Shown here: positions 9,895-19,178 of the stretch, piece by piece | How the letters are laid out: each line of letters starts with the position of its first letter | How positions within the stretch are numbered: the stretch's first letter is position 1 | Source of the DNA: Rhodospirillales bacterium | GTDB lineage: Bacteria > Pseudomonadota > Alphaproteobacteria > Rhodospirillales > UBA2165 | Length of the DNA stretch: 64,000 nucleotides | Assembly (NCBI GenBank): GCA_965207535.1 | Contig: CBDBMR010000014.1 | Coordinates: forward strand, 322,463-386,462 | Direction of reading: 5' to 3' | The notes under the pieces: generated by a model | Databases searched by the model: none | What the model was told of the DNA's origin: nothing | What the model saw: the letters and a program-made list of their open reading frames with translations, nothing else | Program-made: the position numbers and the translations under genes

Positions 9895-11229
9895 ATGGCA
9901 ACCACCAAGCAAATGAAGCTCGCGGCCTATTTCAATCCGACGGGCCATCATGTGGCGTCGTGGCGGCATCCGCGGGCCCAGATCGACGCACACGTCAATA
10001 TCGCCCATTATGCGGAGATCGCCCAGACCGCCGAGCGGGCGAAGTTCGACCTGCTGTTTCTCGCCGACAGCGACGGCGTGCGGGATGCGCACATGGATGC
10101 GCTCTGCCGGTCGGTTCAATTCATCGCCGGATTCGAACCCTTCACCCTGCTCTCGTCCCTGGCGATGGTGACCGAGAAGATCGGCCTCGTCTGCACGGCG
10201 TCGACGAGCTGGAACCAGCCCTACCACCTTGCCCGGAAATTCGCGTCGCTGGACATCATCAGCGGCGGCCGTGCGGCATGGAACGTGGTCACCTCGAACA
10301 ACGACTGGGCGGCGCAGAATTTCAGCCTCGCCAAGGCCTATGAGCATGGCGACCGCTATGACCGGGCCGCCGAGGTCGTCGAAATCGTCAAGGGCCTTTG
10401 GGACAGCTGGGATGACGACGCGTTTGTCCGGGACGCCCGCTCGGGGCTCTATTTCGATCCCGGAAAGCTTCACGAACTGAACCACAAATCGGACCGCTAT
10501 CAGGTGCGCGGGCCGCTGAACGTGCCGCGCTCGCCCCAGGGACGGCCGGTGCTGGTCCAGGCCGGCGCGTCCGAGGCCGGGCGCAGTCTCGCCGCGTCCA
10601 TCGGCGAGGTGGTGTTCAGCCCGCACCTGACCATCGAGGCCGCAAAGGAGTATTACGACGATGTCCGGGCCCGCGCCGCCGAATTCGGGCGCAACCCCGA
10701 CCACATCGCCATTCTGCCCGGGTTGAGCGCCATCGTCCGGCCGACCGGCCAGGAGGCCGATGAGGATTTCGAGTTTCTGCAATCCCTCATTCATCCCGTC
10801 GTCGGGCGGGAGATCGTCGCCTCCATGCTGAAGGCGGACCTCACCAACTGCGATCTCGACGAGGAGTTGCCGGATCTGGATTCCGCCGATGCAGGCAGTG
10901 TGGGCCACTTCGAGAGCATCATGAAAATGGCGCGGGACGAACGGCTGACGCTCCGCGAACTGGGCCAAAGGGTCGCGGGCGCAAGGGGCAAGAACACCAT
11001 CAAGGGCACGCCGGCGCAGGTGGCCGACTACATGGAGGAATGGGTCTCCGCCGGGGCGTGCGACGGCTTCACCGTCATGCCGCCCTATATTCCGGGCGCG
11101 CTCGACGATTTTTGCGAAATGGTAATCCCCGAGCTGCAGCGCCGCGGCGCCTTCCGTACCGATTACGAAGGCAGCACCTTGCGCGACCATTTGGGCATCC
11201 CCAAACCGAAGAGCCGTTACGCGGGCTAG
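9895..11229 (+). CDS. NtaA/DszA/SnaA-family flavin-dependent (LLM) monooxygenase
   Basis: AERAKFDLLFLAD, PYHLARKFASLDIISGGRAAWNVVTS, PQGRPVLVQAGAS, ELQRRGAFRTDYEGSTLRDHLG. Confidence 0.92.
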   Translation: MATTKQMKLAAYFNPTGHHVASWRHPRAQIDAHVNIAHYAEIAQTAERAKFDLLFLADSDGVRDAHMDALCRSVQFIAGFEPFTLLSSLAMVTEKIGLVCTASTSWNQPYHLARKFASLDIISGGRAAWNVVTSNNDWAAQNFSLAKAYEHGDRYDRAAEVVEIVKGLWDSWDDDAFVRDARSGLYFDPGKLHELNHKSDRYQVRGPLNVPRSPQGRPVLVQAGASEAGRSLAASIGEVVFSPHLTIEAAKEYYDDVRARAAEFGRNPDHIAILPGLSAIVRPTGQEADEDFEFLQSLIHPVVGREIVASMLKADLTNCDLDEELPDLDSADAGSVGHFESIMKMARDERLTLRELGQRVAGARGKNTIKGTPAQVADYMEEWVSAGACDGFTVMPPYIPGALDDFCEMVIPELQRRGAFRTDYEGSTLRDHLGIPKPKSRYAG

Positions 11230-11272
11230 CGGGGCGGCCGGAGGCCGGCTCGTCCGGGGCATCCAGGAAATT

Positions 11273-11430
11273 CCCCCTCACCCAGCTACGGGTAGGCTCG
11301 GCGTTCGCCTCGCCAACCCTCCGCATCCCTCTCCCCCAAGGGGGCGAGGGTGTTTGATGTGCGTCCCCTCTCCCCCTTGGGGGAGAGGGTCAGGGTGAGG
11401 GGGTTTACATCGAGTCCCCTCTCCCCCTCG
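11273..11430. repeat. Cluster of REP-like palindromic elements (inverted copy of the 5792 element)
   Basis: 11380-11403 is the exact reverse complement of 5792-5815, and 11361-11378 is the reverse complement of 5822-5839. Further CCCTCTCCCC...GGGG hairpins are adjacent. Confidence 0.75.
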
Positions 11431-11604
11431 AACGGAGACCTCACCAACTGCGATCTAGACGAAGAGCTGCCGGATTGCCGACCACTGGGCGGACGGTCCG
11501 TTCTCCGGATACTTGCGAAGCGGCGGCGCTTGGGCGACCATGCGTTCCGGCAACGCGCGGCAAACGGCCGCCGGCCTTTCGCCAGGGGAGAGCCAGGGGA
11601 GAGC

Positions 11605-12474
11605 ATGCAGAATTTGCGATATGAAGCGCCGGAGACATTAGCGGACGCGACCGCCTTGTTGGCGGCCGAAGACGGTGTGGCCCGGGTTCTGGCGGGCGGC
11701 ACCGACGTCATCGTCCAGATGCATTCGGACTTGATCGAGCCCGACCTGATCGTCGACGTCAAGAACATCCCGGAGCTTACCGAGATCACCAAGGAGGGCG
11801 GGGCATACCGGTTCGGCGCGGCGGTGAGCGGCAAGACGCTGATGCTCCACGAGGATTTCAACGAGACCTGGCCCGGAATCATGGACGGCGTGCAGTTGCT
11901 CGGGTCGCTGCAGGTGCGCGGCCGGGCCTCGGTGGGCGGCAATTTGTGCAATGCTTCCCCCGCCGCCGACAGCGTGCCGCCGATGATCGCCGCCGGCGCC
12001 GTGGCGAACGTCATCGGGCCCAACGGCACAAGGGACATTCCGGTCGAGGATATCGTCACCGGACCGGGCGAGACGTGCCTGGAGAAGGGGGAGATCGTGG
12101 TCTCCTTCCAGCTGCCCGAACGGCCGCCCCGTTCAGGCGACGCCTACCTCCGATTCACGCCCCGGACCGAGATGGACATCGCCGTGGTCGGCGTGGGCGT
12201 CAATCTCACCCTCGACGATAGCGGCGCCTGCACGGCGGCGCGGGTCGCCTTGGGCGCCGTGGCGCCGACGCCGCTGCTGGTCGCCGAGGCGGCGGACGCG
12301 CTGATCGGCACCAAAGTGGACGATGCGGCGATGGAGGCCCTGGCGGCCGCGGCGAGCGCCGCCTGCAATCCCATCGACGACAAAAGAGGCACCATCGAAT
12401 ACCGGACCAAAGTCGCCGGCGTCCTCGCCCGGCGGGCGGCGGCGATTGCCCTCGAACGCGCGGGAGCCAACTGA
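11605..12474 (+). CDS. Molybdo-hydroxylase FAD-binding subunit (CoxM-like)
   Basis: Start reassigned to ATG 11605 behind GGGGAG. Motifs LAGGTD, SVGGNLCNASPAAD, IDDKRGTIEYR. Confidence 0.9.
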   Translation: MQNLRYEAPETLADATALLAAEDGVARVLAGGTDVIVQMHSDLIEPDLIVDVKNIPELTEITKEGGAYRFGAAVSGKTLMLHEDFNETWPGIMDGVQLLGSLQVRGRASVGGNLCNASPAADSVPPMIAAGAVANVIGPNGTRDIPVEDIVTGPGETCLEKGEIVVSFQLPERPPRSGDAYLRFTPRTEMDIAVVGVGVNLTLDDSGACTAARVALGAVAPTPLLVAEAADALIGTKVDDAAMEALAAAASAACNPIDDKRGTIEYRTKVAGVLARRAAAIALERAGAN

Positions 12475-12947
12475 TGACCAAGCATCATATTCAAACCACC
12501 ATCAACGGCGACGAGACCGATGTCCTCGTCGAGCCGACCCAATCATTGCTCGACGTGCTGCGGGACGAACTGCACTTGACCGGCACCAAGGAGGGCTGCG
12601 CCACCGGCGATTGCGGCGCCTGCTCGGTCACCATCGACGGCAACCTCGTCTGCTCGTGTCTGGTCCTCGGCGTCGAGGCCGACGGCACGAAGATCGAGAC
12701 CATCGAAGGCATGGCGTCCGGCGATGAGCTGCATCCGCTGCAGGAGAAATTCATCGAGCATGTCGCCCTGCAATGCGGCATCTGCACGCCCGGTTTGCTG
12801 ATCGCCGCCAAGCATTTGCTCGAAGAGAACCCCGACCCGACCGAAGAAGAGGTCCGTTACGGCCTCGCCGGCAATCTCTGCCGCTGCACCGGGTATCAGA
12901 AAGTCGTCGAGGCGGTGCTGGACGCCGCCCAAGTAATGCAGAAGTGA
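12474..12947 (+). CDS. Molybdo-hydroxylase 2x[2Fe-2S] subunit (CoxS-like)
   Basis: GCATGDCGAC...C, QCGIC, GNLCRCTGY. Confidence 0.95.
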   Translation: MTKHHIQTTINGDETDVLVEPTQSLLDVLRDELHLTGTKEGCATGDCGACSVTIDGNLVCSCLVLGVEADGTKIETIEGMASGDELHPLQEKFIEHVALQCGICTPGLLIAAKHLLEENPDPTEEEVRYGLAGNLCRCTGYQKVVEAVLDAAQVMQK

Positions 12948-12964
12948 TGAGAGGAGCCTGACCC

Positions 12965-15301
12965 ATGGGAATGAAACCCTCACCCTATGCGACCAAGATT
13001 CCGTACGAGGAAAAGGACAACAAGGTCGTCGGCGGGCGGCCCGATCCGAAGAACCGCTCCGACGCCATCGACAAGGTTACGGGGCGGGCGCGCTATGCCG
13101 CCGACTACAATCTGCCGGGCCAGTTGATCGGCAAGGTGCTGAGAAGCCCCCACGCCCACGCCGTCATCAAGTCCATCGACACGTCCGAGGCCGAGAAGCT
13201 GCCGGGCGTGAAGGCCGTCGTTACCCGCGACGACTTCCCGGACATGGAGGTCGAGCACGCCGCGTCCGGCGAACTGATGGTCAATTTCCGGGACGTCACG
13301 CGCAACATGATGGCCCGTGAGAAGGCTCTCTATGACGGCCACCCGGTGGCCGCGGTCGCGGCGCTCAGCGAGTCCATCGCCAAGGAAGCGATGAAACTCA
13401 TCAAGGTGGATTACGAAGTGCTGCCCCACGTCATCGACGTGCGCGACGCCATGAAGGACGACGCGCCGCTGCTGCACGAGGACCTGTTCACCAAGGGCGC
13501 CGGAATCGAGCCCGATCCGTCGAAGAAGTCCAACATCGCGACGCGGATGGAAAGCAAACTCGGCGACATCGAGGAAGGCTTCGAGCAGGCGGACTTCATC
13601 GTCGAGCATGAAAGCAACACAAAAGCCGCCCACCAGGGCTATATCGAGCCCCAGGCCAGCGTCGCCAACTTCACCGAAGGCGGCACCATCGAGGTCTATA
13701 CGGGCACCCAGGGCCACCATGTATTCCGCGCCCAGATCGCCAAGCTCCTGAAAATGGACATCTCCAATATCAAGGTGGTGCCGGCGGAGCTCGGCGGCGG
13801 TTTCGGCGGCAAGAACAACGTTTATCTCGAACCGTTGGCGGCCCAGCTTTCCCGCAAGGCCAACCGGCCGGTGAAGATGGTCATGACCCGGGACGAGGTG
13901 TTCCGCGCCACCGGCCCCACGTCCGGGACCAATTGCAAGGTCAAGATGGGCTGCACCAAGGACGGGCGGATCACCGCCGCCGAGGCCGAGCTCAACTACC
14001 AGGCCGGCGCCTTCCCGGGATCGTCGCTCCCGCTGGCGTCGATCACCGTCTTCACCCGCTATGACCTGGAGAACGTGCTGGTGGTCGGCCATGACGTGGT
14101 CTGCAACCGGCCCAAGGTCGCGGCCTACCGGGCGCCGGGCGCGCCGATGATCGCCTTCGCCGTGGAAACCGCAATCGACGATCTCGCCCGCCAGTGCGGA
14201 ATGGATCCCATCGACTTCCGCCTCAAGAACGCGGCCAAACAGGGGACCCAGACCCACTTCGGCCCGCCCTTGGGGCAGATCGGCTATATCGAGACCCTGG
14301 AGGCGGCCAAGGCATCGCCGCATATGAAGGAGCCGTTGGGCCCCAACCAGGGAAGGGGCATCGCGTCCGGCTTCTGGTTCACCATCGGCAACGATACGTC
14401 GGCGACCATCAATATCACCGAGGACGGCACCGCGAGCCTGATCTTCGGCACCGTCGACGTTACCGGCGGCATGCGCTCGGCGTTCGCCATGATCGTCGCC
14501 GAGGAACTGGGAATCCCGTTCGAAAAGGTGCGCACCCAGGTGGGCGACACCAGCGCACTCGGGTTCAACTTCATGACCGCCGGGAGCCGCGGCACGGCGG
14601 CGGGCTCAATGGCCGTCGTCAAGGCGACACGCGATGCCATCCACCGGGCCTGCGAAATCGCCGCGCGCAAGTGGGAGGTGGAGACCGATCAGGTGGTGTG
14701 GGAGAACGGCCACGCGCGGCCGGCGTCGGCCAATGTGGGCGACTTCGAACCCATGTCGCTGGCCCAGCTGTGCAAGGAAGCGACCTGGTTCGGCGGCACC
14801 ATCGCCGGCCATGCCGAGATCAACGTCGCCATGGGCGGCCCCGGTTTCGGCACCCATCTGGTCGACGTGGAGGTGGACCGCCAGACCGGTCTCGTGAAGG
14901 TGCTCCGCTATTCCATCTTCCAGGATGCCGGCAAGGCGGTTTATCCCGCCTTCATCGAAGGCCAGTTCCAGGGCGGCGCGGTACAGGGAATCGGCATGGC
15001 CCTGAACGAGGAGTATATCTACTCGGACAAGGGCACCCTCGAAAATCCGGGTTTCCTCGATTACCGGGTGCCGGTGGCCTCCGACGTGCCGATGATCGAT
15101 ACGCACATTATCGAAGTGCCGAACCCCGACCATCCCTATGGGGTGCGGGGCATCGGCGAGGTGCCGATCATTCCGCCCCTGGCGGCGATTTCCAACGCCA
15201 TCTACGATGCGGCGGGGGTGAGGCTTCTGGACCATCCCATGTCGCCTCCCAAGGTCTTGAAGGCGCTTGACGAGGCCCGGCCGGCGGAAGCGGCGGAGTA
15301 G
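12965..15301 (+). CDS. Molybdo-hydroxylase molybdopterin-binding subunit (XDH family)
   Basis: KVTGRARYAAD, GGGFGGK, AYRAPG loop, GQFQGGAVQGIG, RGIGE. Confidence 0.92.
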   Translation: MGMKPSPYATKIPYEEKDNKVVGGRPDPKNRSDAIDKVTGRARYAADYNLPGQLIGKVLRSPHAHAVIKSIDTSEAEKLPGVKAVVTRDDFPDMEVEHAASGELMVNFRDVTRNMMAREKALYDGHPVAAVAALSESIAKEAMKLIKVDYEVLPHVIDVRDAMKDDAPLLHEDLFTKGAGIEPDPSKKSNIATRMESKLGDIEEGFEQADFIVEHESNTKAAHQGYIEPQASVANFTEGGTIEVYTGTQGHHVFRAQIAKLLKMDISNIKVVPAELGGGFGGKNNVYLEPLAAQLSRKANRPVKMVMTRDEVFRATGPTSGTNCKVKMGCTKDGRITAAEAELNYQAGAFPGSSLPLASITVFTRYDLENVLVVGHDVVCNRPKVAAYRAPGAPMIAFAVETAIDDLARQCGMDPIDFRLKNAAKQGTQTHFGPPLGQIGYIETLEAAKASPHMKEPLGPNQGRGIASGFWFTIGNDTSATINITEDGTASLIFGTVDVTGGMRSAFAMIVAEELGIPFEKVRTQVGDTSALGFNFMTAGSRGTAAGSMAVVKATRDAIHRACEIAARKWEVETDQVVWENGHARPASANVGDFEPMSLAQLCKEATWFGGTIAGHAEINVAMGGPGFGTHLVDVEVDRQTGLVKVLRYSIFQDAGKAVYPAFIEGQFQGGAVQGIGMALNEEYIYSDKGTLENPGFLDYRVPVASDVPMIDTHIIEVPNPDHPYGVRGIGEVPIIPPLAAISNAIYDAAGVRLLDHPMSPPKVLKALDEARPAEAAE

Positions 15302-15374
15302 GCGAACGCCGAAGAAATCGGCGGGCTCCAGGGTCCGGACTCATTTGAGCCTCCGGCCCTTGGGGACACGGTCC

Positions 15375-16082
15375 TTACAAAAGCAAGCCGACCGCGCTCG
15401 CCGTCAGAAACAATACGACCGCGATCCTGAACAGCCATTCGGGGAGCAGTCTGCCCAGGAACAGTCCCAACAACGTCCCGCCCGCCGTCGGCAGCGCCAG
15501 GGCAAGGACAAGCGGCATGACGGTGTCCGACAGTCCCGCCACAGCCCATTGCAGCGCGAACGAAATCGGATAGGCGATCAGGAAGGCGGTCAGGGTCGTT
15601 GCGCGGACGGTTTCCTTGTTCTGGCGGATCGCCGTGATGTAGGCGGCGATGGGAGGTCCGGGCATGGCGAGGGTCGAGTTCAGAATGCCGGAAACTCCCC
15701 CGATGGCGCCCCGCCGCCAGCCATTGTCACGGGTAAAGATCGGAAACCGCTCGAACAGGCCGGTCGCCAGAAGCGCCATGAAACCGACGGCTATCGCCGC
15801 CCCGATCTTTAGTTGGCCGATGGTCAATAGACCGAACAATACGGCGCCTATGGGAGACCCGATACAGATACCGATCAGTATGGGCGTCAGCAGGGAGCGG
15901 TTCACCTTGGGCAGCGTCGACGGCGACACCAGAACGGCGATCAGCATGCTGAGCAGGATGGACACCTGGATCGCCGAGGAAGTTCCCATTGCGAGGATGA
16001 GCGCCGGACCGGCGATGACGCCGAAGCCGATGCCCGTCGCCGCCTGAAGGGCGGACGCGGCGACCACGACGGCCACGAGCAT
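15375..16082 (-). CDS. TauE/SafE-like (sulfite exporter family) membrane protein
   Basis: Highly hydrophobic, ALQAATGIGFG and LAMPGPP motifs. Start uncertain (16082-16115). Confidence 0.75.
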   Translation of the reverse strand: MLVAVVVAASALQAATGIGFGVIAGPALILAMGTSSAIQVSILLSMLIAVLVSPSTLPKVNRSLLTPILIGICIGSPIGAVLFGLLTIGQLKIGAAIAVGFMALLATGLFERFPIFTRDNGWRRGAIGGVSGILNSTLAMPGPPIAAYITAIRQNKETVRATTLTAFLIAYPISFALQWAVAGLSDTVMPLVLALALPTAGGTLLGLFLGRLLPEWLFRIAVVLFLTASAVGLLL

Positions 16083-16141
16083 CACCGACAGTTCGGGCGG
16101 AACCAACACGGCCAACTCGCGATCGCAGCCAGGGCTTCCGG

Positions 16142-17566
16142 CTAGGAAAAGATGACCTGGATATCCGTGTACTCCGCGAGGCCCTCCTCGGCGAACTCGA
16201 CGCCGACGCCGGACGACTTTCTGCCGCCGAAGGGGGCGTTGGGCTGGATCATGCCGTGCTTGTTGATCCATACCGAGCCGCATTCCAGTTTCGCGCCCAC
16301 CTGTTTGGCTTCGGTGATGTCCCGGCACCAGACCGAGCCGCCGAGGCCATTGGGATTGTCATTGGCCTTCTCGATGGCGTCTTCGACGGATTTATACCGG
16401 ATGACCGGCAGCGCCGGGCCGAACTGCTCCTCATCGACGAGCCGGTCGCCGTTCTCGAGGTCCGCGATTATGGTCAGCGGATAGAAATACCCCCTGTCCT
16501 CGCCTTTGCCGTTCTTTTTCAGCTTCTTGCTGCCGCCGAGCAGGACCCGGCCCTTTTTCTCCGCATCCTCGACGAGATCCGAGACGATGTCGTATTGCTT
16601 GAGGTTCTGCACGGGACCGATCACCACGTCATCCTCGATACCGTTCCCCATGGGCATTTTGCGGGCGAATTTGACCAGCTCTTCGCAAACCTCGTCATAG
16701 ACATCGTCGTGAACATAGAGGCGTTTCAACGCCGCGCAGGTTTGCCCGCCATTTATGAAGGCGCCCCAGAACAGGCCTTCCGCGATCTGCCGCGGATCGA
16801 CGTCGGGCAAAACGATTCCGGCATCATTGCCGCCCAGTTCGAGGGTCATGCGCTTCATGGTCTCGGCGGCGTTGGCGTAAATTTTCTGTCCGGTGCCGCA
16901 GGAGCCCGTGAACACGATTTTCCCGATGTCTTCGTGAGACGTCATGACGGGCCCGAGGTCGTCGTCGCCGGTGATGCAGTTGACGACGCCCTTGGGCAAA
17001 ATCTCGTTCATCAGTTCGACGGCGCGGAGGGTCGTCAGCGGGGTATAGGGCGAGGGTTTGCACACCACCGTATTGCCCGAAAGAACCGCCGGAATGATGT
17101 GCCAGATGCCGATCAGCACGGGGAAGTTCCACGGCAGAATGGATCCCACCACACCGATCGGCCGCCGGTGCAGCTCCACCCGGCCCTCGTTGTTTTCCTG
17201 CAGGACCTTCATGGGCAGCGACAGGCTGGCGGTGTACTGGGTCCAGGCAACGGCGCCGCCGATCTCCCAGCGCGAGCCAAGGCCGTTGAGCGGCTTGCCC
17301 TGTTCCGCCGTCAGCAGCTGCGCCAGTTCCTCGGCGTTTTGCTCAAGTTTCTCGGCGATTTTTTCGCACGCGACCTGACGCTTCCGTTCCGGCACATCGC
17401 GCCATTTCTTGAAAGCGGTTTTCGCCGCGGCGACCGCATCGTTGACATGGTCTTCGGTTCCCAGGGGCGCCAGGCCCATGACTTTTTCGGTGGCCGGGTT
17501 CAGCACCTCGAACAGCTGCTTGGTCGGCACCTTTTTGCCGTCGATGATCAGGCGGAACGGTTCCAT
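16142..17566 (-). CDS. Aldehyde dehydrogenase
   Basis: PWNFP, FTGS, LELGGND, NGGQTCAA (catalytic Cys), EEQFGP. Confidence 0.95.
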   Translation of the reverse strand: MEPFRLIIDGKKVPTKQLFEVLNPATEKVMGLAPLGTEDHVNDAVAAAKTAFKKWRDVPERKRQVACEKIAEKLEQNAEELAQLLTAEQGKPLNGLGSRWEIGGAVAWTQYTASLSLPMKVLQENNEGRVELHRRPIGVVGSILPWNFPVLIGIWHIIPAVLSGNTVVCKPSPYTPLTTLRAVELMNEILPKGVVNCITGDDDLGPVMTSHEDIGKIVFTGSCGTGQKIYANAAETMKRMTLELGGNDAGIVLPDVDPRQIAEGLFWGAFINGGQTCAALKRLYVHDDVYDEVCEELVKFARKMPMGNGIEDDVVIGPVQNLKQYDIVSDLVEDAEKKGRVLLGGSKKLKKNGKGEDRGYFYPLTIIADLENGDRLVDEEQFGPALPVIRYKSVEDAIEKANDNPNGLGGSVWCRDITEAKQVGAKLECGSVWINKHGMIQPNAPFGGRKSSGVGVEFAEEGLAEYTDIQVIFS

Positions 17567-17578
17567 GATCTTCCTCCT

Positions 17579-18910
17579 TTAATCGGTGGTTCCGGGTTCC
17601 TGGCCGCCATGCCAGTCGCGGAAATGGTTCTTGTGGGTTTCCGAATATGCGCCCGGCTTCATCTGCTGATCGTAGAAATCAAGATCCAGGTGGTGGGCCT
17701 GGATGAACAGGCTCATCTGAATAGGGTCCACCGTGGCCGGAAACTGCCCATAGGTTTCGTGGATATAGGTGCAGATGTCCTTGACGCACTGAACGCCGTT
17801 GGCGGACGCCTGGGGCGTCGCGGCATCGAATTCCGAATTGGGGGAGAGATGCGGTTTGACCATGCCCTTGGCTTCCCACTCGTCCATGGTCTGCGTCGCG
17901 CCCGCAATGGCCGCCTCGACGGCTTCGTCCATGGTCGGGTAGTTGGGGGGGCAGAAAGCCTCGAACACGCCGGGCCGGCCCACTGGGATCGGGAACGGAT
18001 CCGTCTTGGACTGGATAAACCTGAATCCGAGCCCCTTGCAGGCAGGCGTTCCGCCGAGCACGACCGTGGAAGAGAACCCGCCGTAAACCCAGCCGCCGAT
18101 CCCGGTTGCCTGCATGGCCAGCGCCAGCAGCTGGGCCATGAACGCGCCTTCCGCCAGCATCCCGTCCGACAGGATTTTCTCGAGCCGCGACAGGGTCATC
18201 ACCTTCCTTTTCGCGAGAAAGCCGCTTTCGACCCATTTTTCGTTGCCGCAGGGCGCCATGCCGTTCCGGTCGTCGACCAGAAAGTAGCCGCCCTCCTCGC
18301 CGGAATAGCGGCCGGCCTCCGCGTCGCAGAAATTCAGGATGAGCTTGATCATGTCCTTGGTCACGTCGATGACCGGCATGAACAGGGTCGAGCCGGGACG
18401 GTTGCAGACCCACTGGTTATGAGGCCAGACACCCGGCTCCACGGGCGGCAAATCCATGCGGCCGTCATCCAGCTTCTCGACAAAGGCGTCGTAGAAACCG
18501 AGGATTTTCTCGCGGTCGTCCGCGTCTTCGTATTCCCGCATTTTCGTCATCTTCGCCTGATCGGCATTGATCACGTAGACCCCGTTGTCATTGGTGAAGA
18601 AAAGGCGGGCCCGGTGCGAGCCCATCGCGGAGGGATAGGGCTTGCCGATCGTCTTGACCATGCCGCCCGGAAGTTCCGTTTCGGCCAGAATGGGCCCCGT
18701 GGTCGCAGTGGCGGCGGCCACGAGCATCGCCGTTTCCAGATCGTCCAGCCCGACAGGCTCCTTGTTTGACTTGTACCGGAACGGCCCCGACGTCATTTCC
18801 ATGCCGAGACCGAACCGCCGCGACCGGCGCCCCATGATGGCGTCGTACAGCGGATAGTCCCATGCCGCCTCCGCCTGAGGCGGCAAGTTCGAAGGCTTGT
18901 GGTCACTCAC
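17579..18910 (-). CDS. Large nitroreductase-fold protein of unknown function
   Basis: IMGRRSRRF (RxSxR), YPSA, and EGAFMAQLLALAMQATGIGG match nitroreductase signatures. Start reassigned to GTG 18910. Confidence 0.65.
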   Translation of the reverse strand: MSDHKPSNLPPQAEAAWDYPLYDAIMGRRSRRFGLGMEMTSGPFRYKSNKEPVGLDDLETAMLVAAATATTGPILAETELPGGMVKTIGKPYPSAMGSHRARLFFTNDNGVYVINADQAKMTKMREYEDADDREKILGFYDAFVEKLDDGRMDLPPVEPGVWPHNQWVCNRPGSTLFMPVIDVTKDMIKLILNFCDAEAGRYSGEEGGYFLVDDRNGMAPCGNEKWVESGFLAKRKVMTLSRLEKILSDGMLAEGAFMAQLLALAMQATGIGGWVYGGFSSTVVLGGTPACKGLGFRFIQSKTDPFPIPVGRPGVFEAFCPPNYPTMDEAVEAAIAGATQTMDEWEAKGMVKPHLSPNSEFDAATPQASANGVQCVKDICTYIHETYGQFPATVDPIQMSLFIQAHHLDLDFYDQQMKPGAYSETHKNHFRDWHGGQEPGTTD

Positions 18911-19154
18911 TGGGGGTCTCCTGCCCGGCGTTCCCTTGGTTTTTGGATTTCCCGGAAAAGACAAGTTTGATCATGTAGCCCCAGAACGCGGGCTTCCCGA
19001 GCGTCATGCCCAGCATCTTCCGCATGTCATCCCGGCTCATGAGCGTCTCGGCTTCCCAGACACCCATCTTGCCGACAATGACGACGTCGCCGCCTTCGAT
19101 CTTGAGTTTTTCGATATCGAACTCGAATTCACCTGCCGCGGATTCGATTTTCAC
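18903..19154 (-). CDS. Small hypothetical protein
   Basis: 83-aa ORF overlapping the downstream gene by 8 bp, with coherent GC-rich codon usage. Confidence 0.7.
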   Translation of the reverse strand: MKIESAAGEFEFDIEKLKIEGGDVVIVGKMGVWEAETLMSRDDMRKMLGMTLGKPAFWGYMIKLVFSGKSKNQGNAGQETPSE

Positions 19155-19178
19155 GGTTTTTCGCTCCCACTCACGTCT

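Noticed and set aside
9856-11262. 468-aa minus-strand ORF and other long antisense ORFs (12980-14323, 21594-22658, 34776-35972)
   Set aside because: Each is an antisense shadow of a motif-supported gene.
11350-11604. N-terminal extension of the coxM ORF containing DLTNCDLDEELPD, suggesting a fusion
   Set aside because: It runs through REP palindromes, and a clear RBS precedes ATG 11605. The peptide is the duplicated monooxygenase fragment.
5922-15301. Aerobic CO dehydrogenase (form I)
   Set aside because: Neither large subunit has AYxCSFR, and no coxDEFG genes are present.
16256-18769. 837-aa plus-strand ORF
   Set aside because: It lies antisense across two well-supported genes (ALDH and the nitroreductase-fold gene); shadow ORF.
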